DNA of 64,000 nt from Candidatus Eiseniibacteriota bacterium (GCA_035691845.1 DASSIN010000066.1:9032-73031), one strand, 5' to 3'. Counted from the stretch's first letter, positions 26,595-36,894 are shown. Made by a program: numbers and translations. Notes: a model not told the origin generated them from the letters alone.

Positions 26595-29150
26595 TCACAG
26601 ATCGAACCAGTGCGCCACCTTGATCAGGAACGTGTTCGCGGGATGAACGCGGAACAGCCGGTCGAGGTCACCCGACAGCGCGCGCGATCCTTCCAGGGAC
26701 TCGAAGTCCTGCCGCCCCTGCGTCCACACCAGGTACAGCGACGAGCCCGGGCGGTATTCCCAGCGCAGCACGGTGCTGGAGTTGAAATCCTTGACGTTGA
26801 AGGCGCGGGGATTGCCGGCGACGGCAGCGGCGTATGGCGCGAACCGGTCGGCGTAATGGGCGGCGCGCGCGTTCACGACCTCGCGGACGTCCGAGTAGTC
26901 GCCCTTGCTCACGAACGGATTGGCGTACACCTGCAGCGTGAGCGTGGGCGAGGCGGTGTAGTCCACGCGGAACGTGAGCCCCACCGTCGTCTGATCGAGG
27001 TGCGCGAACGTGTAGTGCGTCGCGCCGGTCGAATCCGCGAAGTTGCCGAACCACTGGGTGTTGTCCTGATTGCGCGAGTAGCTCATGCCGAGCGAGGGGG
27101 TCATGCGCGCGGAGACGCGGACCTGCAGCGTCGGGTTGACATAGGTTCGGTGCGTGCGTCCCTCGTCGGTGTGCACGATCTGCGCGTACACGTCGGGGTA
27201 CAGCATGCGGCGCTGGTCGCCCTGGATCTCCACCCACGGCGCCTGGTATGGCGATTGGCGCAGGGCGGGTCCGCCGCGCGTGGCGCGGTCGCTGAACGTG
27301 GCGCCGAGCTGGCCCAGGGTCGCTCCGGCGTGCGCGAACCAGTTGTTGTGGAACATCACGTGCTCGTTGGTGTTCATGGCGCGCTCGAGCTGAAGGCCGG
27401 CGCTGGTCCAGTCCTGCCATTCGTTGAAGTTCAGGTTGAGCTGGTTGTACCACCTGGTCCGGCGCAGGAACTGCAGGCCCATCCACGTGCTCTGGTCCTG
27501 CCAGTCGGCGCGGTTCAGGAACCCGAGGTCGTTGATCTCGTATCCGGGCGAGATGCGCTGGTAGCTGGTCTCGAACACCACGATGCCGCCGCCGTACTTG
27601 GCGAGGTGCAGCGTTTCGGCATCGCCCGAGAGTTTCGTGCGCGTCGTGTCCAGCTCGAGCGCACCGTCGGGCCGCTGGTAGTAGTGCGCCGGATCGGTCT
27701 GCGTGGACAGCACGGCGGCGTGGCTGCCGGCGATGCGGCTCGCCGTCACCGCGGCGTTGAGCTGGTAGTTGTGACCGGGCCCGAACTCGTGGCGCGCGTC
27801 GAGCCCACCGACGTAGGCCGAGCGGCGCAGGATGCCGCGTGACGTGCTGTCGAGCGAACGGTCCACGGAGGTGAAGATCAGGCCCACCCCGCTCCGGTCC
27901 TTGTTCAAGTCCTGCTCGAGGCGCACGACGCCGTAGTGGGTGGCGGGTTCGATGGTGAGATCGGAGATGCCGGTTTCGCGCCGCGTCACCGCGTCCAGCA
28001 CGCCCACCGTGAGGCCTCCCGCCGAGCGTCCGGTCAGCTTGGCGGCGCCGAGGATCGTGGTCGACGTCGGCGACGATGCCGTGCCGTACAGCGGTCCGAG
28101 CTGCGGCGCCCGGCCGATACGGCGGGAGTAGAACAGGCCCTCGCTGGTGTTGTTCACCTGATTGCTGTTGACGGGGAACTGGTAGACGCCCGTGCCCTCG
28201 AGGAAGAACGGCCGTTTCTCCTGCAGGAAGGTCTCGAACACGCTGAGGTTGAGGACGGCCGGATCCTGCTCCACCTGCCCGAAGTCCGGGTCCACGGTGC
28301 CGTCGAGCGTGAAGTTCGACGTGAGGCCGAACTTGAAATCGGCGCCGCCGGTGAAGCTCTGGTGGCGGTTGAAACCTGCCGTGGTCGGCCGCGGCTCGTT
28401 CTTCGCCACCGTGTAGGGCATCACGTCGAACCTGTGCGGGGCCGGGATGCCGTCGATGCCGGTGATGTCGCCGAGCTGAGAAACGAAGCCGATCTGCGAC
28501 GGCCGGTACGCCGGCCAGGACACGCGCTCCTTGTAGCGCTCGATGTCGCGCCAGATCGCGAATCCGAACGTGTGCGCCGGAGACGACGGATAGCGAAGCT
28601 GGGACAGCGGGATCGCGAACTCGGCCGTCCATCCAAGCGAATCCACCTTCGTGGCCACGTCCCATACGCCATCCCAGGAGCCATCCTCGTTGTTGTCGTT
28701 GTAGATGGCGTAGTCGCGCTTCACGCCGCCCGGACTGACGGCGAACTCGAAGCCCGTGCGCCGATCGTGGAAGGCGTCGATCACGATCTTCAGCTGATCG
28801 GTGGGCGGCCGCACGTCGCGCCGCGCGAGCACGGTGGAGATCTTCGCGGGCTCGGGGTCGTAGGCGCGGATGAAGCAGTAGAAGTTGTGGTCGTCGAACG
28901 CGACCTGCGCCTCGGTCCTGAACCGCGCGGGCCCGCCCTCGACCGGCGAGAATTGGACGAAGTCGGCGATCACCGGTGCCGTGTGCCACACGGCATCGTC
29001 AGGACGCCCGTCGATCACCACCGGCTGCGGCGTGCGGACGGCCACGGCGGTCACGGCCGAATCCGGCGCCGCCGCTGACAGGGCGGCGCTCGGGAGCAGG
29101 CAGGCCAGCGCGATGGCGAACGGGAGCTTGGGCATGGGGGTTGATGGCAC
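26595..29150 (-). CDS. DUF5916 / carbohydrate-binding family-9-like domain outer-membrane-associated protein
   Basis: Signal peptide MPKLPFAIALACLLPSAALSAAA; N-terminal CBM9-like (VIDGRPDDAVWHTAPV..F.Q..P); long beta-rich C-terminal region ending ...FLIKVAHWFDL (aromatic terminus). Confidence 0.7.
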   Translation of the reverse strand: MPSTPMPKLPFAIALACLLPSAALSAAAPDSAVTAVAVRTPQPVVIDGRPDDAVWHTAPVIADFVQFSPVEGGPARFRTEAQVAFDDHNFYCFIRAYDPEPAKISTVLARRDVRPPTDQLKIVIDAFHDRRTGFEFAVSPGGVKRDYAIYNDNNEDGSWDGVWDVATKVDSLGWTAEFAIPLSQLRYPSSPAHTFGFAIWRDIERYKERVSWPAYRPSQIGFVSQLGDITGIDGIPAPHRFDVMPYTVAKNEPRPTTAGFNRHQSFTGGADFKFGLTSNFTLDGTVDPDFGQVEQDPAVLNLSVFETFLQEKRPFFLEGTGVYQFPVNSNQVNNTSEGLFYSRRIGRAPQLGPLYGTASSPTSTTILGAAKLTGRSAGGLTVGVLDAVTRRETGISDLTIEPATHYGVVRLEQDLNKDRSGVGLIFTSVDRSLDSTSRGILRRSAYVGGLDARHEFGPGHNYQLNAAVTASRIAGSHAAVLSTQTDPAHYYQRPDGALELDTTRTKLSGDAETLHLAKYGGGIVVFETSYQRISPGYEINDLGFLNRADWQDQSTWMGLQFLRRTRWYNQLNLNFNEWQDWTSAGLQLERAMNTNEHVMFHNNWFAHAGATLGQLGATFSDRATRGGPALRQSPYQAPWVEIQGDQRRMLYPDVYAQIVHTDEGRTHRTYVNPTLQVRVSARMTPSLGMSYSRNQDNTQWFGNFADSTGATHYTFAHLDQTTVGLTFRVDYTASPTLTLQVYANPFVSKGDYSDVREVVNARAAHYADRFAPYAAAVAGNPRAFNVKDFNSSTVLRWEYRPGSSLYLVWTQGRQDFESLEGSRALSGDLDRLFRVHPANTFLIKVAHWFDL

Positions 29151-29202
29151 TACGGACTGGCGATTGGACAGGTTTCACCACGCCAGGGTTGGAAGCGCTC
29201 CG

Positions 29203-29892
29203 TCACCTCTCCCCCGCGGGATGCGGTCTGGGCAAGTCCCGGGGAGACGAGCGCGGCGGTTCCGCGGGCGAGCGCCCGCCCCTCGCCCGCAGCGCGAGCG
29301 CGACCAGCACCATCGAGAGCGGCGCCGTGACGCCCCACGGGAATCCGAGCATGAGCAGCCTGGTGGAGTAGGTCGGATGGAAGTACACGACCCCGGCCAG
29401 GGCCGTCGCCACGACGTTGGCCAGGCACGCCGTCCGGGCCCACCGTTCGATGCCCGGGTGGCGCAGGACCGGGACGATCACCAGCAGCGCGAGCCCCATC
29501 GCGATGTACGCCAGGGCATCGAAGTCCCATAGCAGCGAGTGCGGTGTCTGTTCGAGCACTCGCACCGCGTCGCCGGCGCCCCGCAGCTTCGCGGGAATGA
29601 CCGTGCCGAGCTGGATGGCGTAGTTCGCCGTGCCGAACACCGCATACATGGTGGTGAAGACGAGCGCCGCATGCGTCCAGAAGCGTTGCCCGCCAGGGCT
29701 CGAGTGGTGGAGGGCGAGCATCTCGAACACGAACGGCACGACGATGCAGAGCGACGTCCCGAAGATCAGGATCTCGTCCAGCGGGAAATGGACAACCCCC
29801 ACCACCTGGAGGATCTGCACCACGTCGTAGCCGACCGTGGCCGTGAACGCGGCCAGGCCGGCCCAGAACCCAATGCGCCCGATCCCAGGCAT
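29203..29892 (-). CDS. Hypothetical integral membrane protein (7 predicted TM)
   Basis: ORF with high GC3, hydrophobic helices; tightly packed (5-nt and 52-nt gaps) between kinase and DUF5916 genes. Confidence 0.5.
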   Translation of the reverse strand: MPGIGRIGFWAGLAAFTATVGYDVVQILQVVGVVHFPLDEILIFGTSLCIVVPFVFEMLALHHSSPGGQRFWTHAALVFTTMYAVFGTANYAIQLGTVIPAKLRGAGDAVRVLEQTPHSLLWDFDALAYIAMGLALLVIVPVLRHPGIERWARTACLANVVATALAGVVYFHPTYSTRLLMLGFPWGVTAPLSMVLVALALRARGGRSPAEPPRSSPRDLPRPHPAGER

Positions 29893-29896
29893 GGCG

Positions 29897-32641
29897 TCAG
29901 CGCTGTTCCTGGCGCTTGCGGATCAGCTCCGTGATGCGTGAGCCCCAGCCGATCGACAGCGCCAGTTCGCGCCGTTGATCGGCATCCACGGGCGCCCGGG
30001 TGAACAGGAACCGATCGCTCGTCGGGTCATAGGCGTAGTCGCGATACGTCGGCTCGATCGGAGATGCCGGGACATCGAACAGCGGCTGGGGCTGTCCGAT
30101 CGCGAGCCCGTCGCCCGTGATCGACACCGTCACCCGCTTCAGCGTTTCGTCTTCGACGAAGAACAGCTCGCGGCCGGCGCGGCCCCATCGCGCGCCCCCG
30201 CCGCCCCGGGTACTCACCTGCCACTGACCGCCGGTTCCATCCCGCCGCCGGATGAACACCTCCTCGCGCCCCGTTCGGTTCGAGATGTACGCCAGCCACA
30301 CGCCGTCCGGCGACAACACGCCGGCCTGCTCGGCCACCTGGTTGTTGGCATCGGTGGCAAGCTGGCTCGCAGCGTGACCCGTTGCGCGATGGTTCCCCTC
30401 GCGAGCGATGGGGCTCACGGGCACGCTGTAGATGCGCCCATTGGCGGGTCCGTAGTCCGAGAACAGCACCGCGTCGCCTTGTGGCGTGACGGCGGTGGCG
30501 GTGATCGGCGGGCCCTTGCGGACCAGCGTTTGCGCGTCCGCGCCATCCACCCGACGAACTTCGATGATGCTGACTCCGAGCGAATCCGCCGCGGACATGG
30601 CGAAGCGGATGCCATCGGGGAACCACACCGACATCGGACCGGTGTTGGAGTAGGTCAGTCGCCGCATCCCGCCGCTCGCGAGATCGGCCAGCCACAGGTC
30701 GCCCGCCCCACCTCCCGGCCCCACCAGCACCAGCGCGCTTCTGCCGTCCGGGGAGATCGCGAGCTGCCGGTACTCCCCGGGAGGAATCGTCGTCGGCGTC
30801 CAGTGGCCGGAGCGATCGAACCAGCCGATCTCGCGCCTGGAATCGTCCTGACTGGCCGGCAGCCAGGCCATGGTGCCTTCGCGGGCGATGTCCAGGAACG
30901 CCGCGCCCGACGAACCGACGCCCGCGACGCCGTCGAGGACCGGCACGGGCTCCCCGGTCACGCGCGGATTTCGTGGATCGATGGTCACGGCGTACAGGCT
31001 TCCCCCTCGATCGAACACCAGGTGGTTGGGCGGGGCCCACACCGCCCGGCGCGCCCCGTGGATCAGATGGCGCCGCTCGCGGGTCGTGACCGAAACCGCG
31101 TCGATGTCGGCGCCGTCGTAATCGCCGGGGCTGTCCATGGTGCCGACCGTGAACACCACCCACGGGCCGCCGCTCAACGCACTCGGCCAGCGATGGGTGC
31201 GCTCCTTGCGGGTCGAATCCAGCGTGGTGACGGCCACCGGTGTCCCGCCGGCGCCGGGCATGATCATCAGCGGCTCGGTCGCCTCGGCGCTCAACACGAT
31301 CCGGCCGTCGTCCAGCCACACGCCGCCACGATCCTGTCCCGTCACCGCGAGCGGAACGGGCGCGCCGCCGTGCACCGACACCTTGAGCAGGTGCTTGCCG
31401 TCGAAGAAGGCGATCCACTCGCCGTCCGGCGAGAAGAACGGATCGCGCGCGTCGTCGGTGCCCGAGATCGCGATGTCCTCGCGGCTGTCCAGCCGGCGCA
31501 CGCGCAGCGCGATGCTGCCGGCCTCGCGCGCGGTGTACGCGAGCGCGCGCCCATCGGGTGACAGCGCGGCGAAGTGATACCCGAGGCTCGTGCCCAGGCG
31601 ATACCCGGGCGGCAGGACGACGCTCGCCTCCCGCGGTCCGGGCGGCAGTTCGGGCCTGCGGCCGAGCGCCATCACGGCGGTCGCGAGCGCGAGCGCGGCC
31701 GCGGCCGCCGCGATCGCCCACGGCAGCCACGCCCGCACGCCATGCGCCGGCGTGGCGCCGGTGGCGGTCTCGACCGGCTCGGATGCGCGCAGCAGCGCGA
31801 TGCGGGCCTCGCCGATGTCGCGCAGACGCAGGTTCACGTCGCGCGTGAGGCAGCGCCGCAGCAGCTCGAGGACCCGCGGCGGCGTCGCGGCCGGCAACGC
31901 GCGCCAGTCGGGCTCGGTCTGCAGGATGCTGGCGATCACGTCGCTCACGGTCTCGCCCGAGAACGCCTGCCGGGCCGTCAGGCACTCGTACAGCACGCAG
32001 CCGAACGACCAGATGTCCGTGCGCCGGTCCGCCGCCTTGCCGCGCGCCTGCTCGGGCGACATGTATGCGGCGGTGCCCAGGATCATGCCGGCGCTCGTGG
32101 CCGCGTGCGTCATCGTCGGCGATGCCGACAGGTTCACGTCGGACGACGAACCGCCGCCCGCCGCGCCGCCCTTGGCCAGCCCGAAGTCCAGCACCTTCAC
32201 GCTGCCGTCGGGCTTCAGCATCACGTTGCCGGGTTTCAAGTCGCGATGGATGACGCCCGCCTCGTGCGCCGCCTCGATCGCGCCGGCCACCTGCGCGCAC
32301 ACCTGCAGCGCCTCGTCCACCGGCAGTGGCCCGCGCGCGAGCCGCGCGGCGAGCGTCTCGCCCTCGACGAACTCGAGCACCAGATAGCGATGATCGCCGA
32401 CCAGCTCCAGCCCATGGATGCCGGCGATGCCGGGGTGCGAGAGCGAGGCGAGCAGCCGGGCCTCGCGCTCGAAGCGCGCCAGCCGCTCGGGATCCTGGGC
32501 GAACCCGGCGGGCAGCGCCTTGATGGCCACGTCGCGCGCGAGGCGCGCGTCGCGCGCGCGGTACACCTCGCCCATGCCGCCGGCGCCGAGCGGCGCGACG
32601 ATCTCGTAGGGCCCGATGCGGGTACCGGCCGACAGCGGCAT
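29897..32641 (-). CDS. Ser/Thr protein kinase with TM segment and periplasmic TolB-like (PD40) beta-propeller (paralog of 23811..26495)
   Basis: [49 protein letters not shown]; TM WAIAAAAAALALATAVMAL; PD40-like repeats LSPDGRALAY / FSPDGEWIAF / ISPDGRSALV / LSPDGVWLAY. Confidence 0.85.
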   Translation of the reverse strand: MPLSAGTRIGPYEIVAPLGAGGMGEVYRARDARLARDVAIKALPAGFAQDPERLARFEREARLLASLSHPGIAGIHGLELVGDHRYLVLEFVEGETLAARLARGPLPVDEALQVCAQVAGAIEAAHEAGVIHRDLKPGNVMLKPDGSVKVLDFGLAKGGAAGGGSSSDVNLSASPTMTHAATSAGMILGTAAYMSPEQARGKAADRRTDIWSFGCVLYECLTARQAFSGETVSDVIASILQTEPDWRALPAATPPRVLELLRRCLTRDVNLRLRDIGEARIALLRASEPVETATGATPAHGVRAWLPWAIAAAAAALALATAVMALGRRPELPPGPREASVVLPPGYRLGTSLGYHFAALSPDGRALAYTAREAGSIALRVRRLDSREDIAISGTDDARDPFFSPDGEWIAFFDGKHLLKVSVHGGAPVPLAVTGQDRGGVWLDDGRIVLSAEATEPLMIMPGAGGTPVAVTTLDSTRKERTHRWPSALSGGPWVVFTVGTMDSPGDYDGADIDAVSVTTRERRHLIHGARRAVWAPPNHLVFDRGGSLYAVTIDPRNPRVTGEPVPVLDGVAGVGSSGAAFLDIAREGTMAWLPASQDDSRREIGWFDRSGHWTPTTIPPGEYRQLAISPDGRSALVLVGPGGGAGDLWLADLASGGMRRLTYSNTGPMSVWFPDGIRFAMSAADSLGVSIIEVRRVDGADAQTLVRKGPPITATAVTPQGDAVLFSDYGPANGRIYSVPVSPIAREGNHRATGHAASQLATDANNQVAEQAGVLSPDGVWLAYISNRTGREEVFIRRRDGTGGQWQVSTRGGGGARWGRAGRELFFVEDETLKRVTVSITGDGLAIGQPQPLFDVPASPIEPTYRDYAYDPTSDRFLFTRAPVDADQRRELALSIGWGSRITELIRKRQEQR

Positions 32642-32696
32642 CGGGAGACTCTACCTCATCTCATCCCGATGTCGGCTCCGGCATGCGGGCCGCGGC

Positions 32697-32718
32697 GGCG
32701 AAGGCTCAAGCCTTCGCC
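32697..32718 (-). terminator. Perfect 9-bp stem / 4-nt loop hairpin (GGCGAAGGC-TCAA-GCCTTCGCC) spanning the DUF1801 stop codon
   Basis: inverted repeat read directly; lies at 3' end of the three-gene arsR operon; no U-tract. Confidence 0.35.
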
Positions 32719-33140
32719 GTCCGCCTGCTGCCCGCTCGCCGCGGCTTCGCCTTGCTGGTGTGCTCCAGATTGAGCGCCACGGCCGCACGGATCAGCGTCT
32801 TCAATGCGCGCGCGTCGATCGCGTCGCCTTCGCGGATGTCGATCGCGCGCCTGACGTTTCCATCGAGACTGGAGTTGAACAGGCCGGAGGGGTCCTGCAA
32901 CGCCGCCCCCCTGGCGAACGTCATCTTGACCACGGCCTTGTACGTCTCTCCGGTGCACACGATGCCGCCGTGGGACCAGACCGGAGTGCCCATCCACTTC
33001 CACTCCTCCACGATCTCGGGATCGGCGTCGTGGATGATGGCGCGCACCTTGGCGAGCGTCTTCCCGCGCCAGTCCGCGAGTTCCTTGATCCTGCCATCGA
33101 TCAACGCCGATGCGGATTCCGCCGGGACGGATTTCTTCAT
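32706..33140 (-). CDS. DUF1801 (YdhG-like) domain protein
   Basis: MKKSVPAESASALIDGRIKELADWRGKTLAKVRAIIHDADPEIVEEWKWMGTPVWSHGG pattern typical of DUF1801; GGAGGTG RBS 5 nt before ATG 33140. Confidence 0.7.
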   Translation of the reverse strand: MKKSVPAESASALIDGRIKELADWRGKTLAKVRAIIHDADPEIVEEWKWMGTPVWSHGGIVCTGETYKAVVKMTFARGAALQDPSGLFNSSLDGNVRRAIDIREGDAIDARALKTLIRAAVALNLEHTSKAKPRRAGSRRTAKA

Positions 33141-33168
33141 CGACACCTCCACGCTCGCCTGGCCGCGC

Positions 33169-33708
33169 TCATCGCGCGCCGGTCTCGACGCCGAACTGCC
33201 TCGCGTACTCGCCGCTCAACCGCTGCCAGCCGGCGAACTGCATGACCTCGGGGCCGGCCATGCGTCCGATGGGCTGACCGTCGAGCATCCCGTCGAGCAC
33301 GTCGAGGCAGATGTGCCAGCCTGCGGCGCCCCACGCGATGAAGCGGCGATCGATCTGGTGCCACAGCGCGAGCCGCGTGCCAGCGCCCAGCGGTTCGAGC
33401 TGCCACCGCAGGTCGCCGCCACCCCAGTCGAACTCCAGCAGCTTGTGCGTTTCGGCCCGCTTCACGGTGCTGTCGGACACCTGCGAAGTGCCGACGGTCG
33501 AGAGCTTCACCGGCCCCACCGTCCCGAGATTCCTGTCGGCCTCGAACGGTGCCCATTCCCGAAGCTGCGCCGGGTCGGTCAGCGCCTGCCACACCATCGC
33601 CGGCGGCTGGCGAAGCTCGCGTACCAGAACGAGCGTCCAGTGGTTTCCCTCCTTCCGGATCTCCGCGCCGCTGGCGGGCCCCGGCATGTAGCTCTCGCGG
33701 GTTCTCAT
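33169..33708 (-). CDS. SRPBCC / AHSA1 (activator of Hsp90 ATPase homolog 1-like) domain protein
   Basis: WTLVLVRELRQPPAMVWQALTDPAQLREWAP motif; ATG 33708 overlaps arsR stop (ATGA). Confidence 0.75.
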   Translation of the reverse strand: MRTRESYMPGPASGAEIRKEGNHWTLVLVRELRQPPAMVWQALTDPAQLREWAPFEADRNLGTVGPVKLSTVGTSQVSDSTVKRAETHKLLEFDWGGGDLRWQLEPLGAGTRLALWHQIDRRFIAWGAAGWHICLDVLDGMLDGQPIGRMAGPEVMQFAGWQRLSGEYARQFGVETGAR

Positions 33709-34067
33709 CGTCTCCTCCTGTTCGCGCGTACCGATCGTTTCGTGCGTTTCGGAGCGGGTTCGCGTTCCATCCGGACCAGGTGGCGTTCGAGCGCATCGAC
33801 GTGGGCCGACCAGAATCTTCGGAACGGAGCCAGCCAGGAATCAACTTCCATCAGTCGTTCGGGCCGGAGGCGGTAGACGCGGCGCTGCGCGTCCACGCGC
33901 GACTCCACGAACCCCGCCTCCCGCAGCACCCGCAGGTGTTTCGACACGGACGGCTGGGGCATCCGCAGCCGGCGCTCCAGCTCCCCGACCGACCGCTCCG
34001 ATGTGGCCAGAAGGCTCAACATCGCCCGGCGGTTCGGCTCGGCAAGGATCGCGAACGCAGATTCCAT
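33705..34067 (-). CDS. ArsR/SmtB-family metalloregulatory transcriptional repressor
   Basis: FAILAEPNRRAMLSLLATSERSVGELERRLRMPQPSVSKHLRVLREAGFV winged HTH; ATG 34067. Confidence 0.8.
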   Translation of the reverse strand: MESAFAILAEPNRRAMLSLLATSERSVGELERRLRMPQPSVSKHLRVLREAGFVESRVDAQRRVYRLRPERLMEVDSWLAPFRRFWSAHVDALERHLVRMEREPAPKRTKRSVRANRRRR

Positions 34068-34130
34068 GTGGCGTATATTGCCATTGCAGTATATGCCTGT
34101 CAAGGCACTAACGGCGTCGGGATCAGGCGT

Positions 34131-35375
34131 TCAGCGGACTCGTACGACCCGCAGGCTCTGTGTTCGGCCGCCGGCGTCGAGCCGTGCCATGTACACACCC
34201 GGCGCGGTGCCGGCCGCGTCCCACGTCATCTCGCTTGCTCCCGCCGGCAGCAGTTGGTCGATGCCACCCGGCATGCGGCGACCGGCGAGATCGAAGATGC
34301 CGATGCGCGCACGGCCCGCCTCGGGCAGCTCGACTCGGAACCGCGCTTGATCGTGGATCGGATGGGGTCCCACGAGCGCGAAGCGCACGTTCGGCGCAGG
34401 GCCAGCCGGAGGCACGAACACGTTGGCGACGGACCGGCGCCACAGTCCATCCACCCTGCCGGCGTACAGCATGCTGCCGAGCGAGGCGATCTCGTAGGTG
34501 AAGATGGCGGGCAGCCGATCCAGCACCTGCCAGGTCGTGCCATCGTCCACGCTGTATTCGACGCCGGTGCCTGCGCCGTTGGCGAAGTGGACGAACACGA
34601 CACCGTCGTGCAGCGCGAACGAGGTGAAGAACGTCGGGTGGAGCCCGAAATCGATGTACGTCCACGGCGATTGGCCGGCTGCGCTGTGGAACGCTCCGAT
34701 GTTGGTCCCCACGAGCCATGAGCCGCCTGTCCAGATGGCGGCGAGCGACGCGAGGCCCGCAGCCACCTGCCCGTTCAGCAGGTAGTCGTACGACCAGTCC
34801 GCGTCGCCGGGATCGCGGTAATAGATGTCGCCGTTCCCGCCGGCGCATGCGAACAGCCGCGTGTCCGACGTGGCGAGCGCCTCCATGTTCGAAGCCTGGG
34901 CCGGCTCGAGCACGTTGCCGTAGTGCGACCATCCGCCCGTAGTCAGGTTCCTGATCCACGGGCCCGCGCCCCCGGTCGCGGCGTACAGCGTGTCGCCGCG
35001 CGCCAGCAGGTCCATGATGCGGAGCTGCGAGTCGGCGAACCCGCCCACCAGCCCCTCGTTGAAGCTCCGCCAGTTCACGCCCAGGTCGCTGCTGACGAAC
35101 ACGCCCTGGCCGAAGGTGCCGGCGTAGAGCACGCCCTTGTGGAGCCTCACGGCCTCCACCGTCGTCGCGCCCGCCGCCACCGTCGCACTCGTGATCCAGG
35201 TGGCGCCCGCGTCGGTGCTGACGAATACGGTGCTGTCGGAGGCGGCCGCGATCGTGTCGCCCGTGGTGAACACGGAGTAGATGTTGGCGTCGGGCACCTG
35301 CTCGACACGCGTCCACTGCGCCGATGCCGGCGATGCGATCAGGGCGCCCATCAGGGCGGCGGCGATCCGCTTCAT
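34131..35375 (-). CDS. Secreted BNR/Asp-box beta-propeller protein with T9SS-type C-terminal sorting domain
   Basis: Signal peptide MKRIAAALMGALIASPASA; Asp-box motifs STDAGATW, SSDLGVNW, SVDDGTTW; C-terminal LVGPHPIHDQARFRVELP..GIFDLAGRRM...PGVYMARLDAGGRTQSLRVVRVR. Confidence 0.7.
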   Translation of the reverse strand: MKRIAAALMGALIASPASAQWTRVEQVPDANIYSVFTTGDTIAAASDSTVFVSTDAGATWITSATVAAGATTVEAVRLHKGVLYAGTFGQGVFVSSDLGVNWRSFNEGLVGGFADSQLRIMDLLARGDTLYAATGGAGPWIRNLTTGGWSHYGNVLEPAQASNMEALATSDTRLFACAGGNGDIYYRDPGDADWSYDYLLNGQVAAGLASLAAIWTGGSWLVGTNIGAFHSAAGQSPWTYIDFGLHPTFFTSFALHDGVVFVHFANGAGTGVEYSVDDGTTWQVLDRLPAIFTYEIASLGSMLYAGRVDGLWRRSVANVFVPPAGPAPNVRFALVGPHPIHDQARFRVELPEAGRARIGIFDLAGRRMPGGIDQLLPAGASEMTWDAAGTAPGVYMARLDAGGRTQSLRVVRVR

Positions 35376-35459
35376 GGCCGGATTGAGATGCGGCTGCCAC
35401 AACCGCGGTGCGCCGTTTCCACGACTACCGCAGCGAGGCGGAATGGCCCTCGGCGTTCG

Positions 35460-36788
35460 CTACCTCACCGGCAGTGGGAACGCGGGCACGCCGCGATGGC
35501 CGGCGGCATCCACCGCGCGCACGCCGAACAGCCAGTTGTCCTTCGAGTAGTTAAGCGTCACCGCGGTCACGTTGCCGACGTCGGTGACGTCGGTCCAGGT
35601 GGGATCCGTCGTCTTCCGCCGCACGACCTCGTAGCGCGCGGCGCCCGGCACGGGCAGCCACGTGAGCTGGGTCCTGTTGTCGAGCGCCTTGGTCAGCACC
35701 TTGGCGGAATCCGGGCGCCCCGGGCCCATCGCCAGCGACGCCAGCACCGACACGTTGTAGCGCGTGACGCGCGCCAGGTAATCGAAGTCCATGTACTTCT
35801 GCAGGTCGCCGTATTCGACGCCGTTCTCGGTGCGCACGGTCTGGTGCTGGTGCGTGAACGTCTCGACCGGCTCGGTGAAGCGCACGGCCGGGTAGCCGGC
35901 GGCGTTGAACGACTCGTGATCGCCGCCGCGCAGGAAGCGATCGGCGCGGAACACCAGCTCGCCGTGGAAGTCCGGCTGATAGCGGTCGCCGACCTCCTGT
36001 GCGTAGCGCGCCAGCTCGCGTGACGGCGAATCGCTCTCGTCACCGATCAGGTTGACGCGCGCGGGATCGGCGCCCTGCGCCAGCGCCTGCGAGAAGATCC
36101 GCACCATCCCGGGTTTGTGCTCGCCCTGATCGCCCACCGACGCGCCGACGATGTCGTTGTTGAGGTCGCCCTGCACGTCGGCGCCCGCCGCCTTCAACGC
36201 CTGCGCGTGATGCGCGGATCCGAACAGGCCCTGCTCCTCGGCGTCGTAGGTGGCGAAGATGACGGTGGCGTGCACGGGCAGCCCGGCCATCACGCGTGCC
36301 GCTTCCAGCACCGCCGACGTGCCGGAGCCGTTGTCGTCGGCGCCGGGCGCGTCGTGGGTGGCGTCGGCGTTGTCGGAATTGCGCGAGTCGTAGTGGCTGG
36401 ACATCACGTACGTGCGCCCGCCGGGCTCGTCGCCCTCGAGCGTGGCGATCACGCTCGAGATCTCGACGTCGCGCGCGATGCGCTTGCCGTCGGCCTTCTG
36501 CACGTAGCTGTCGTAGGCCACGGTCATGCGCCCGTGACTCGCCTTGGCGAACTCACGGAACTGATCGGCGATCCACGCCCGGGCGGCGAACACGCCGCGC
36601 GTGTTGCCCAGCTTTTCCGAGAACGTGCTGCGCGTGCCGAAACCGACGAGCCGCGAGTCGATCGCCTTCAGGCGCTCGGGCGACACTCGCGCGACCGCGG
36701 CCGCGATCGCGGGGTCCACCGGTGGCGGCGCGGCGTGCGCGGCGGAAACGAGCGTCACCGAAACGAGGGCAAGCGCGACTCCACGCAT
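35460..36788 (-). CDS. M28-family metallopeptidase (aminopeptidase) with C-terminal fibronectin-III-like domain
   Basis: Signal peptide MRGVALALVSVTLVSAAHA; HYDSRNSD..GADDNGSGTSAVLEAARV and TYDAEEQGLFGS metal-ligand motifs; AAGGAG RBS; six-frame ORF to 37388 is a spurious extension. Confidence 0.85.
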   Translation of the reverse strand: MRGVALALVSVTLVSAAHAAPPPVDPAIAAAVARVSPERLKAIDSRLVGFGTRSTFSEKLGNTRGVFAARAWIADQFREFAKASHGRMTVAYDSYVQKADGKRIARDVEISSVIATLEGDEPGGRTYVMSSHYDSRNSDNADATHDAPGADDNGSGTSAVLEAARVMAGLPVHATVIFATYDAEEQGLFGSAHHAQALKAAGADVQGDLNNDIVGASVGDQGEHKPGMVRIFSQALAQGADPARVNLIGDESDSPSRELARYAQEVGDRYQPDFHGELVFRADRFLRGGDHESFNAAGYPAVRFTEPVETFTHQHQTVRTENGVEYGDLQKYMDFDYLARVTRYNVSVLASLAMGPGRPDSAKVLTKALDNRTQLTWLPVPGAARYEVVRRKTTDPTWTDVTDVGNVTAVTLNYSKDNWLFGVRAVDAAGHRGVPAFPLPVR

Positions 36789-36894
36789 CACGTCTCCTTT
36801 CGTGCACGGTTCCGGCCCGGGGGTCCAGGCCGTGGAGCGGGCACTATAGCGCGGGGGCCCGATCTCCGCCGCCGATGCCGGGCCCCGCACGCGA

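Noticed and set aside
24909-27842. 977-aa plus-strand ORF
   Set aside because: Antisense to the kinase and DUF5916 genes; composition (Arg 20%+) incompatible with a real protein
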